This document shows positions 38,667 to 47,394 of a DNA stretch of 64,000 nucleotides, piece after piece. The notes under the pieces are model-generated. The model saw only the letters and a program-made list of their open reading frames with translations, was not told the DNA's origin and searched no databases. The translations under genes were made by a program, and so were the position numbers. The stretch's first letter is position 1. Each line of letters starts with the position of its first letter. Source of the stretch: Candidatus Multivoradales bacterium (GTDB lineage Bacteria; Acidobacteriota; Thermoanaerobaculia; Multivoradales; Multivoraceae); the NCBI GenBank assembly GCA_965223325.1, contig CBDCWI010000002.1, positions 3,168,001 through 3,232,000 of the forward strand, given 5' to 3'.

Positions 38667-41631
38667 AGAAGCGGCGACCGATCCAGAACTGGGTCAGGGT
38701 CTCGCCGGACTGATCGAAGTCCCACCGCGTCGCGAAGTCCCAGTTGAGATCCATACCCAGGAAGTTGACCGTAAAGCCGAAGCCGTAGGCAGCCAGGGCA
38801 TCCTCGAGGCGCGACTGGTCGCTGTTGTAGAAGCGGAACCCCTGCACGTCGTTGAACCAGGCGCCTGCAACATCGAGGAAGATCCGCCCCTGAATGCCCT
38901 GGAACGAGAACACCGGGGTGACGAAGAAGTCGATCAGCGGGAAACGGAACTCCATGTTGGTGTAGAACGCCGAGTCGCCGACCAGTTCGTAGAGGTCAAA
39001 GCCACGGACCGTGTCGAGGCCACCAAAAATCGCGAAGTCCGGGAAGTTGCCATCCGACTGGAACGCGAACAGGCGGGTTGCGAACGAACTACGCCGCGTC
39101 AGCGGGAAGTACTTGCGCGCGTCGATCCGAATCGTCGTCGACAGGGTGTTTCCGTCTTCAGTGCCAGGAATCGGGTTGTCGACGGACCCACCGGTGTCGG
39201 GTGCGTAGCTGGCGTCGATGCGGAGGCGATGACCGGCACTCGGACCCGACGGCCCGAAGATCGTCGTGTCACTGACAAACGCCGCCGACAGTTGCGGGTA
39301 GTCATCTTCGCGCGGTGTAATGATCGGGATCGGGTTGCCGTTGTCATCGAAGATCGGCTGATTGTCCTCGCCGAAGGCGAAGCTCTGATAGTCAATATCG
39401 CGCGAGATGTAGCCGAGGCCAAACTCGACCCGCCTGCTGAAGCCAAACGGGTAGGACAGGATGAAACGCCCGCCGGTCTGCTTGTAGGCGCGCTGACCGC
39501 GCTCGAAGAAACCGGTCCGCTGGTCGACACCGATGAAGAAGCGTCGATCGTCGAAGAGATGCGCCGTCCAGTTCCAACGCCTGGACTGATCGGTGTAGTA
39601 GACGTTGAAGTCCTGGAAACTGTCGACCGACGAAACCAGCGCCAGCAAACGACGGTCGCCCAGGAAGTCGGAGAACGAGAGCACGACCTGACCGAGAATC
39701 GTCTGGTCGTCGTCGACACCGACGAAGGTGTCGGCGTTCTCGAGGAAGAGCTTGAAGCCACGCTTGTCTTCCTTGGCTGCCTCGTCGATCGCCACCTGAA
39801 TATCGGGCTCGAAGCGCTCGATATCCGTGGTCTGGATCTCGGTGACTTGCTGCTCGCCGACCTCGGCGATGGGCTCGTCGGTGTCGGTCATGTAGAGGTC
39901 GAAGCGACCCTTCCAGAAGCCGGTGTAGACCAGGCGTTCGTTACCACTCGGCTCGACCAGAATCGTTGGCATGAAGCAACCGGTCAGGGCGTTGGTGTAC
40001 TGGCTGATCGTGCCTGTTTCGAGCTGGATACCGTAGATGTTCTCGGCGCCGGTTCGATCGGAGGTGTAGTAGATCGTGTCGCCATCGGCGGAGTACACCG
40101 GATCGACGTTGTGGAAGTCGTCGTCGGTAATACGGTGGCGGCGGGAGGGGTCGTCGATATCGATCCGGAAAAGATCTCCGTCTTCACCAACCACCGACGT
40201 GAAGACAATCGACTTGCCGTCGGGTGAGAAGGTGGGACCCGCATCGAAGATGTCGTCGTTGGTCAGGTTGACGATGTCCAGGGTGTCGAGGTCGAGCAAG
40301 AAGATGTCGAACTCGCCGGCATCGGCGCCACCGAAAGCGATCTTGTTCTCGGTCGGGTGCCAGGCTGGTGCGGTCTGCTGCTCGACCGGCATGTCGATGA
40401 TGCGATCGACACCACCTTTGAGCACGTCGACCAACGCCAGGCTATAGCCGGCTTCGCGACGTACGAAGACCGCCAACTGGTTACCGTCTGCCGAGAAGGC
40501 GATGTCACTGCCCGCCTCGCGACCCAGAGTCAGGTGCTGGCCGACGAAGTGGCGAAACTTGGTCTCGTAACCACGCGTGAGGTTGCGCAGCAAGCGGCGA
40601 TTCTCGGCATCGAAGAGCACGATGTCGAGGTCCTGCTTGACGGTGCTGAAAGCCGCAACGAGATCACCCGAGGGCGACGCTGACGGCGACGACTCCTGGC
40701 TGCCGGCGGTTTCGGTCCTGAAGGGACGACCGAAGTCGCTCGGCTCACCCGACGCAACCAGCTCGGGAAGATACTTCTGCCGCAGCCAGCGCCGGAACTC
40801 GACGTCGAAGTCTTCCGGATCGATCCCGAAAGCGCGCTCGGCAGCCCTGCCGACACGCCCGCCGAGGGTGTTGCGGAACTCGAACAGAAAATCGAGAACA
40901 CCATCCTTACCCCAACGCTCCTCCATGAAGTCGAAAGCAGCGTGGCCAAAACGATAGGCAAAGAAGCCGGTCACGTTGGCTTGTGTGATCGGCGGAATGC
41001 GGTCGTTGACCACCGCATCGCGCAGGTACATGCGGTCGGACGCGCTCTCGTCCTGTGCAAAGTAACTCGCCATACCTTCCATCATCCACAGCGGAGGTGC
41101 GCCGGTCAGGGCCCGTCCCATGCTGCCTCCGAAAAGGATGTGGTACTGGAAGATGTGAGTGAGCTCGTGGAGGATCAGCTCGTACTGTTCGGGGTCAGAC
41201 AGGTCGACCGGCATGACCATGCGAAACCGCACCGGCGTTGCGAACGCGGCAACACCTTCGGGGATGAAACCGGCGATGATGTTGTTCTGCAGGAAGTCCG
41301 AGTGGGTGTCGTAGATGATGAACGGAGTCTTTTCCTGAATCTGGAAATCGAGCTCGCGTGATAGTTGGTCGTAGGCAGACTCGGCCATCGAGACGATGCG
41401 CTCGAGCTGCCCCTCGGCGGCAGGGTAGTAGTACATCGTGAAGTGAGGAGACTCGTAGGTCTGCCAGTCGAACTTCTCGTAGCGCACCTTGTTCTTGCCG
41501 AAGTTGGTGTAGTACTGCGCATCGACGCTGGCGGCGAGGCCAAGGACGAGCGCCAGGGCAAGCGCGAACACATGGCGCAGGCGGTGGCTTCTCAGGTTGG
41601 ACTCGCGGGCAGAATTGAGGGATGGGGTCAC
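38665..41631 (-). CDS. Omp85/BamA-family barrel fused to an N-terminal HExxH peptidase-like domain and a PD40/TolB-like propeller
   Basis: SD GAAGGAG before GTG 41631; FGKNKVRY, HELTH..WMMEGMA, repeated P..SPDG motifs, VRGF loop motif, C-terminal Phe. Confidence 0.85.
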   Translation of the reverse strand: MTPSLNSARESNLRSHRLRHVFALALALVLGLAASVDAQYYTNFGKNKVRYEKFDWQTYESPHFTMYYYPAAEGQLERIVSMAESAYDQLSRELDFQIQEKTPFIIYDTHSDFLQNNIIAGFIPEGVAAFATPVRFRMVMPVDLSDPEQYELILHELTHIFQYHILFGGSMGRALTGAPPLWMMEGMASYFAQDESASDRMYLRDAVVNDRIPPITQANVTGFFAYRFGHAAFDFMEERWGKDGVLDFLFEFRNTLGGRVGRAAERAFGIDPEDFDVEFRRWLRQKYLPELVASGEPSDFGRPFRTETAGSQESSPSASPSGDLVAAFSTVKQDLDIVLFDAENRRLLRNLTRGYETKFRHFVGQHLTLGREAGSDIAFSADGNQLAVFVRREAGYSLALVDVLKGGVDRIIDMPVEQQTAPAWHPTENKIAFGGADAGEFDIFLLDLDTLDIVNLTNDDIFDAGPTFSPDGKSIVFTSVVGEDGDLFRIDIDDPSRRHRITDDDFHNVDPVYSADGDTIYYTSDRTGAENIYGIQLETGTISQYTNALTGCFMPTILVEPSGNERLVYTGFWKGRFDLYMTDTDEPIAEVGEQQVTEIQTTDIERFEPDIQVAIDEAAKEDKRGFKLFLENADTFVGVDDDQTILGQVVLSFSDFLGDRRLLALVSSVDSFQDFNVYYTDQSRRWNWTAHLFDDRRFFIGVDQRTGFFERGQRAYKQTGGRFILSYPFGFSRRVEFGLGYISRDIDYQSFAFGEDNQPIFDDNGNPIPIITPREDDYPQLSAAFVSDTTIFGPSGPSAGHRLRIDASYAPDTGGSVDNPIPGTEDGNTLSTTIRIDARKYFPLTRRSSFATRLFAFQSDGNFPDFAIFGGLDTVRGFDLYELVGDSAFYTNMEFRFPLIDFFVTPVFSFQGIQGRIFLDVAGAWFNDVQGFRFYNSDQSRLEDALAAYGFGFTVNFLGMDLNWDFATRWDFDQSGETLTQFWIGRRF

Positions 41632-41774
41632 GGGGTCTCCTTCGCTACGGGAAGCCCGACGGCAAGCACCGGGCCTTCGCACTCATCGGCCGAAAATGAA
41701 ACTCGTTTGGGGACGTGAGCAGCGCATTGATCGTCTCATAGTCACAGCGATTACCGAGCAACCGAACGCGGGGC

Positions 41775-42494
41775 TCAGTTGAATAGGGTGCGCGTGACCT
41801 GGATTTCCTTCTGCACGAAGATACCGAGCATGCGGTCTTCGAGCGCGTAGAGGTTCTCGAACATGCCGCGCAGCGGATCGGTACGGTCACCTTCGAAGCT
41901 CTTGAAGTCCTTGAAGTTGTCGTCGTAGAGCAGCTCGCCGGTGCGACCGTCGTAGACCTGGACCACGATGTCGTACTCGAAACCGGTCTGTTCGACCAGT
42001 ACCTGGCGGTAGTAGGTGCGACCGTCCCAGGGGTTCGTGTACTCCTCGGTTCGATAGCCGCTGCGATCCTGGATGTCGAAGTCCAGACTTCCGGTGAGGA
42101 TCAAGTCGGCGCCGGTGCGCTCGCCGATCAACAACCAGAAGTCTTCGTCACGAGACAGCATCTCGAGATCGTAGGTTGGGTAGTCGATCGGCCCCGACTC
42201 GAGGATCTTGAGCTCGGTATCGCGGCGCAGGATCTTCTGCAGGTAACGATCGAACTCAGCCTGCACATCGAGATCGGAACCTTCCAGTCGCCCTTCGCCT
42301 TCCTGGCTGATGACGATGAAAGGTGCGACCAGGACGCTTTCGCGGTCGGTCAGGTCGAGCCGTGCTCGAACGGGCAGAGTAATGCGCACCTCGACCTCTG
42401 CCACCGCCTCGGCGGCCAGACCGAGACCGCCGATGAAGGCGAACAGCCCGATGGCCAGAAGGGCTCGAAGGCGCTTGTCGAGGGGTCTACTCAT
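41775..42494 (-). CDS. Exported hypothetical protein (CsgG/TolB-N-like alpha/beta fold suspected)
   Basis: Signal peptide; IGERTGADLILTG, VYDGRTGELLY; codon usage like real genes. Confidence 0.7.
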   Translation of the reverse strand: MSRPLDKRLRALLAIGLFAFIGGLGLAAEAVAEVEVRITLPVRARLDLTDRESVLVAPFIVISQEGEGRLEGSDLDVQAEFDRYLQKILRRDTELKILESGPIDYPTYDLEMLSRDEDFWLLIGERTGADLILTGSLDFDIQDRSGYRTEEYTNPWDGRTYYRQVLVEQTGFEYDIVVQVYDGRTGELLYDDNFKDFKSFEGDRTDPLRGMFENLYALEDRMLGIFVQKEIQVTRTLFN

Positions 42495-42708
42495 GGCACT
42501 GCTCCGCAAACGTCAGACGTTCTGGTCGGGTGGATGGGCGGGGGAACGGTCACTGACGGCGCAGGCCAAACGCCGTCTGGGGTCAAAACAGCTGAGGGTG
42601 ATTGGCTCCCCTCTCGCAATCCCTGGGCCAATTGCGACTCCCATGCGGCTACTGCACCCACCTGGCGACACCCGTCCGCCTTTCAGGACGCGCAGACCTC
42701 GCAAGAGG

Positions 42709-43239
42709 TCATCGCCCTCCCGACTCGGTTTCGGTGCCGTCGGCTTCTTCGGTCTGTTCGTCGTCTGTGGCCAAGGCGGATTCACTCGGCCCCCCGTTGG
42801 CGTCGTCGCTTTCCTCGTCCTCCTCGGCGGGATTGAACGCCTGGTAGAACTCGACGAAGCGGGCGTAGTTGCGGCGCACGGTGCGCTTGTCCGGAGCACC
42901 TTCAAGGGCGCGCCGATAGTGCTCGAGGGCCTTTTCGAACAACCCCAGCGCCTCGTACGAGATGGCCAGGTTGTTGAGCACCTCGGGGTTGTCAGGGTCG
43001 AGGGTGTCGGCCTGCCGAAAGCGGAAGAGGGCCTCACTCCACAAACCCCGTTGCGCCATCTGGACACCGAACTCGAGCTGGTCCTTCGCGGTGACCGGCT
43101 TCTTCTCGGCAGCGATCGAAGACGCTGGAAACAGCCCCCCCAGAAGGCCTGTAACGAGCACCAGAAAGAGCGCGAAACGAGCGATCTGAGGGCGCTCAGG
43201 GCCGAATGGCGAGTGTCGGGGGAAGCGAACCTGGACCAT
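42709..43239 (-). CDS. Exported tetratricopeptide repeat protein
   Basis: AQRGLWSEALFRF, PDNPEVLNNLAISYEALGLFEKALEHYRRAL; acidic tail; ATG 43239 lies 6 nt after TATACT. Confidence 0.85.
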   Translation of the reverse strand: MVQVRFPRHSPFGPERPQIARFALFLVLVTGLLGGLFPASSIAAEKKPVTAKDQLEFGVQMAQRGLWSEALFRFRQADTLDPDNPEVLNNLAISYEALGLFEKALEHYRRALEGAPDKRTVRRNYARFVEFYQAFNPAEEDEESDDANGGPSESALATDDEQTEEADGTETESGGR

Positions 43240-43486
43240 CGATCGAGTATACACACGGTCCTCCGCCTGCGGATTCGTCGTTCGCTCCGAACGACCCGCG
43301 ATCGACTGCCGGTAGAGCAGAATCTCTAGATGGCAAACCGCCGCTCGCCTTCGCCAACCGTCCCAGATTCGTCCCCATCTGTCGGCCGACGCGCAGAGAC
43401 CTGCAAGACTGCGCGGCCACTTTGCGTCTCAGCTTCTGAGAGACCACTCGCGACGAGTCGGTCCATTGCAGAACGAAGGAGAACGC

Positions 43487-44860
43487 ATGTCTCGCAAGAG
43501 GAAAAGCCGGCAGAAAAACGGCCGCCCTGATCGGCCAACCGGTCAAACGAAGGGACGCATCGCCAAACAACAACCCTGCGAGAACGCGCAGCCCCTCCTG
43601 GTCGTGCCGCGAGATCCAGTCGAGTCAGCACTTGACGCCCTCCGCCAACAGCGAGCAGAGAACGAGGCGAGAAGCGATCGGTGGCGCGCCTCGCGGGCCG
43701 ACGCCTTCGATGGCAGTGAGCAGACCGTCGACTTCTTGCTCGCCCTCAACGGTCTGCCGATCGCACGCGACGCTGTGTGTCGGCTGGCGCTGGCCCACGA
43801 GACATGGCTCGGTTCCCGATCCGACACGCGCACCGCCGAGGCCCTGGGGGTTTCGCCGCGGGACCTCGAGGTCGCCGCCTCGGGCTGTGACGACGCGCGG
43901 AGGCGGGCGCATCAAGAACGACAGCGCGCCGCGCGCCTGGGACTCGAGATCATTGCCATCACGTCACCGTCCTACCCAAAGGACCTGCTCGACCTGGAGC
44001 TTCCGCCGCCAGTCCTGTTCAGCAGGAGCCAATGCCCCCGAGAGACTCTTGGTGCCGCCGGAATCTCGATGGTGGGACCCCGTCGACCGGATCCCTGGGC
44101 ACTCGAAGCGGCCCGCACCCTGGCGCAGCGCTTCGCCACTGCCGGGCTCCTGGTCGTCTCGGGCTTCGCGCGCGGTGTCGACGCAGCTTGCCATCGCGGG
44201 GCGCTCGCAAGCGGAGACGGCAAGACGGTAGCCGTCCTGGGGACCGGTCACGGCGTCGCCTACCCGCGCGGCCAGGAAAAGCTGCGCGACGAGATCGCCG
44301 AGCGCGGTGCCGTCCTCTCCGAGTTTCCGATCGGCACGCCGCCCCTGCCGAGGCATTTTCCGATTCGCAACCGCATCATCGCCGCCCTGGGCTGGGCGAC
44401 GCTGGTGGTGCAGGCGAGCGAACGCTCGGGGTCCCTCATCACGGCGCGCGAGGCGCTCGAGCTGGGTCGTGAGGTGATGGCGCTTCCCGGACGTCCCGGC
44501 GACCGACGGAGCGTCGGTTCGAACAGGCTCCTGCGAGACGGCGCGCGCATGGTGCTGAGTGCGCGCGAGGTTCTCGAGTCCACACCAACCACCGTTCTCC
44601 GCCGGTTGCTCGAGGCCCGTACTGTCGCGCAGGCGCACTTGGAAACTGGGAATCAGCGCGCAAGGCCGACGGAGAGCGAATCCGTCTCGACGGCGCTCCT
44701 CGAGTTGGTGGAAGCAACGCCACTGACCGCCGAGGAGCTCAGTCAGGTGCTCGAGCTCCCCTTCGTCGAGGTGCAGGAACTGCTCCTGCGCCTCGAGCTC
44801 GAGGGCCGCCTACGACGCTGCGCGGGAGCGCGCTTCCTCTCGACCGAGCCACAGCTCTAG
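43487..44860 (+). CDS. dprA: DNA-processing protein DprA
   Basis: SD GAAGGAG; YPKDL, VVSGFARGVD, FPIRNRIIA, SGSLITA, GSNRLLRDGA, C-terminal LELEG winged helix. Confidence 0.93.
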   Translation: MSRKRKSRQKNGRPDRPTGQTKGRIAKQQPCENAQPLLVVPRDPVESALDALRQQRAENEARSDRWRASRADAFDGSEQTVDFLLALNGLPIARDAVCRLALAHETWLGSRSDTRTAEALGVSPRDLEVAASGCDDARRRAHQERQRAARLGLEIIAITSPSYPKDLLDLELPPPVLFSRSQCPRETLGAAGISMVGPRRPDPWALEAARTLAQRFATAGLLVVSGFARGVDAACHRGALASGDGKTVAVLGTGHGVAYPRGQEKLRDEIAERGAVLSEFPIGTPPLPRHFPIRNRIIAALGWATLVVQASERSGSLITAREALELGREVMALPGRPGDRRSVGSNRLLRDGARMVLSAREVLESTPTTVLRRLLEARTVAQAHLETGNQRARPTESESVSTALLELVEATPLTAEELSQVLELPFVEVQELLLRLELEGRLRRCAGARFLSTEPQL

Positions 44861-47310
44861 TCGACCCGCATGACGCGAACCGGATCGATACGGCTCGCTC
44901 GCCATGCCGGCACGAAGGAGGCGACGACGGTCACCGCCAGCAGGAGCAGCGGGACGGCGATGAAGGTCGCCGGATCGGCGGCTGGGACGCCGTAGAGCAA
45001 GCCACTCAAGCCGCGACTGAGGAGGGCAGCAAGTGCAACGCCAACGGCGCCGCCCAGGAGAACCAGGCGAATCCCTCCTGCCATCAGGAGGCGTATGACC
45101 TCCATCGGGCGCGCACCGATCGCAATGCGAATCCCGACCTCACGAGCCCTCTGCGCCACTCCGAACGACACCAGCCCGTAGAGGCCCGTGACCGCGAGGA
45201 GCAGCGCCAGGGCAGCAAAGCCCCCCACGAACAGCGCCGAGGCGCGGGCCGGCAACAGGAAGGCGCTCAGGTGGCGCGCCAGGGTCTTGCTCTCGAGCAC
45301 ACGCAAGCCAGGGTCGAGCTCGCGTGCGGCCTGCAGCATGGAAACGGCCGTCTGCTGAGCGGACCCTTCGCTGGCAGCGAGAAATACCACGTAGGGAGAG
45401 AAGTCCTGGGCGATGGGCAGATAGAGAAAGGCCCTCGGGCTCTCGGCGAGCGAACGCACGCTGGTATCGCGCGCGATGCCGACGACCTCGAGGCTGGGCT
45501 GGTCCTCGAGCCTGCGGAGGTGCTTGCCAAGTGGCTCGTCGTGCGGAAAGAAGCGCTCGGCGAACGCCTGGCTGATGATCGCAACCGCCGGCGCTGCGGC
45601 ATCGTCGCGCGTGTCGAACGGACGCCCCGCTACGATTTCGACTCCGGCGGCTGCAAAGTAGCCGGCATCGACGCGCGCGTAGTCGATGATGTGCGCTTTC
45701 TTGCCCGCCGGCGGCTCGACGCCGTCGACATTGATCGAACGCCCCTGGGTATTGGTCGGGGTGAGATTCGGGTTGTCGATCAACCCCGCCGCGACCACCC
45801 GCGGAAGCCGCTCGAAACGCTCACGCAGACGCTCGTAGAACTGCAGGGCCTCGACCTCAGTGTATTCGGTGCTGGGTGTGAAGATGCTCAAGAAGCCGGT
45901 GGGGCGCTCGCCGAACCCCGGATCGAGGCCCTGGGTCGCAATGAGGCTACGCAGGAACAGCCCGGCGCCGATCAAGAGGACCGTCGAGACGGCCACCTGC
46001 GACGTCACCAGGACGTTGCGCAGCGTAAACCGTCGCCTGCGCCCACCACCCGTGCCTTCGTCTTTGAGCGTCGAGACGACGTCAGGCCGGCTCGACTGCA
46101 ACGCGGGAGCGAGCCCGAAGAAGATCCCCGCGAGAAGTGACAACGCGAAGCTGAAGGCCAGCACACGCAGATCGAGCGACAGGTCGAGGGTGATCGGGAG
46201 AGGTAGCGGGAGGTCTGCATTCATCAGCCAACGCAAGGCAGCGACGGCGAGCAGGATCCCGAGCGCTCCACCGGCGAGTCCCAACACCATCGTCTCGACC
46301 AGTAGTTGGCGGATGAGTGAGCCACGACTGGCACCAAGGGCCAGACGCACCGCGACGTCGCGCCTGCGGCTGGCGGCGCGCGCGAGCAGAAAACTCGCGA
46401 GGTTGGTACAGGCGACCATCAGCACCAGGCCAACGACCACCAGCAGCATCGTCGACACCGGGAAGATGAAGCGGTCGATCATCGGGTTCATCACCACATC
46501 CTGGGTGGGGATGGCGTAGAGGTAGTCCTCGCCCTGCCAAGACCCATGGCCAGCCTCGCGCAGACTCGAGCCAAGGGTGGTGAGGAGCGTGTTGGCCTCG
46601 ACCAGACTGGCCCCGGGGGCCAGGCGCGCCTTGGTGAACACCCAGTGCGAGCTACGCTGCTCGAGTTTCGGCTCGCCCTCGGAAGGATTGACATAGCTCT
46701 CGAGGACGATCGGCACATACATCGCCGGATGAAGGCCTCGCACATTGCCGGTGAAGGAAGGCGGTGCGACCCCAACCACCACGAAGGGCTGGCCGGCGAC
46801 TCGAATCTGCGTGCCGATAAGCGCCGGGTCACCGCCGTACTCCTTCATCCAGAAGCCATGATCGAGCACGGTCACCGCAGCACGAGAGACCTCGTCTTCC
46901 GCGGTGAACAGGCGCCCGAGGTGAGCGTTGACGCCGAGCAGCGAGAAGTAGTTGCCACTCACCTGCTCGACCGGCAGCGTCTCGATGCTCTCGGGTTTGT
47001 CGATCTGGCTGAAGGTGTAGCCCGACGCCAGAACGCCCTCGAAGACCCCAGCGCCGGCCGCCCGCAGGTCGTCGAAGTCCGGGTAGGACAGCGGCGAGGC
47101 CGAGAAGTCGGCCTGGTGCTTGTAGATCTCGACAAGTTCTTCCGGCCGCTCGAGTGGACTCGAACGCAGAAGCACCGCGTTGATCAGACTGAAGATCGCC
47201 GTGTTGGCGCCGATTCCGAGCGCCAGCGACAGGATGGCCACCGCCGTGAAACCAGGGCTTCGGACGAGATGGCGCCAGGCCAGGCGAAGCGACTGAAACA
47301 GATCGTTCAA
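44857..47310 (-). CDS. ABC transporter permease, duplicated MacB/FtsX type (ADOP family)
   Basis: PGFTAVAILSLALGIGANTAIFS, ACTNLASFLLAR, RLALGASR, REVGIRIAIGA, PAWRASRIDP. Confidence 0.92.
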   Translation of the reverse strand: MNDLFQSLRLAWRHLVRSPGFTAVAILSLALGIGANTAIFSLINAVLLRSSPLERPEELVEIYKHQADFSASPLSYPDFDDLRAAGAGVFEGVLASGYTFSQIDKPESIETLPVEQVSGNYFSLLGVNAHLGRLFTAEDEVSRAAVTVLDHGFWMKEYGGDPALIGTQIRVAGQPFVVVGVAPPSFTGNVRGLHPAMYVPIVLESYVNPSEGEPKLEQRSSHWVFTKARLAPGASLVEANTLLTTLGSSLREAGHGSWQGEDYLYAIPTQDVVMNPMIDRFIFPVSTMLLVVVGLVLMVACTNLASFLLARAASRRRDVAVRLALGASRGSLIRQLLVETMVLGLAGGALGILLAVAALRWLMNADLPLPLPITLDLSLDLRVLAFSFALSLLAGIFFGLAPALQSSRPDVVSTLKDEGTGGGRRRRFTLRNVLVTSQVAVSTVLLIGAGLFLRSLIATQGLDPGFGERPTGFLSIFTPSTEYTEVEALQFYERLRERFERLPRVVAAGLIDNPNLTPTNTQGRSINVDGVEPPAGKKAHIIDYARVDAGYFAAAGVEIVAGRPFDTRDDAAAPAVAIISQAFAERFFPHDEPLGKHLRRLEDQPSLEVVGIARDTSVRSLAESPRAFLYLPIAQDFSPYVVFLAASEGSAQQTAVSMLQAARELDPGLRVLESKTLARHLSAFLLPARASALFVGGFAALALLLAVTGLYGLVSFGVAQRAREVGIRIAIGARPMEVIRLLMAGGIRLVLLGGAVGVALAALLSRGLSGLLYGVPAADPATFIAVPLLLLAVTVVASFVPAWRASRIDPVRVMRVD

Positions 47311-47394
47311 GCGGGGGCCTCCTCACTCTCTGACGCCACTGGCGGGCCAATGTTTCAGAGCTTCACCTCGCGCGGCCAACCCTTCACGCTCTCG

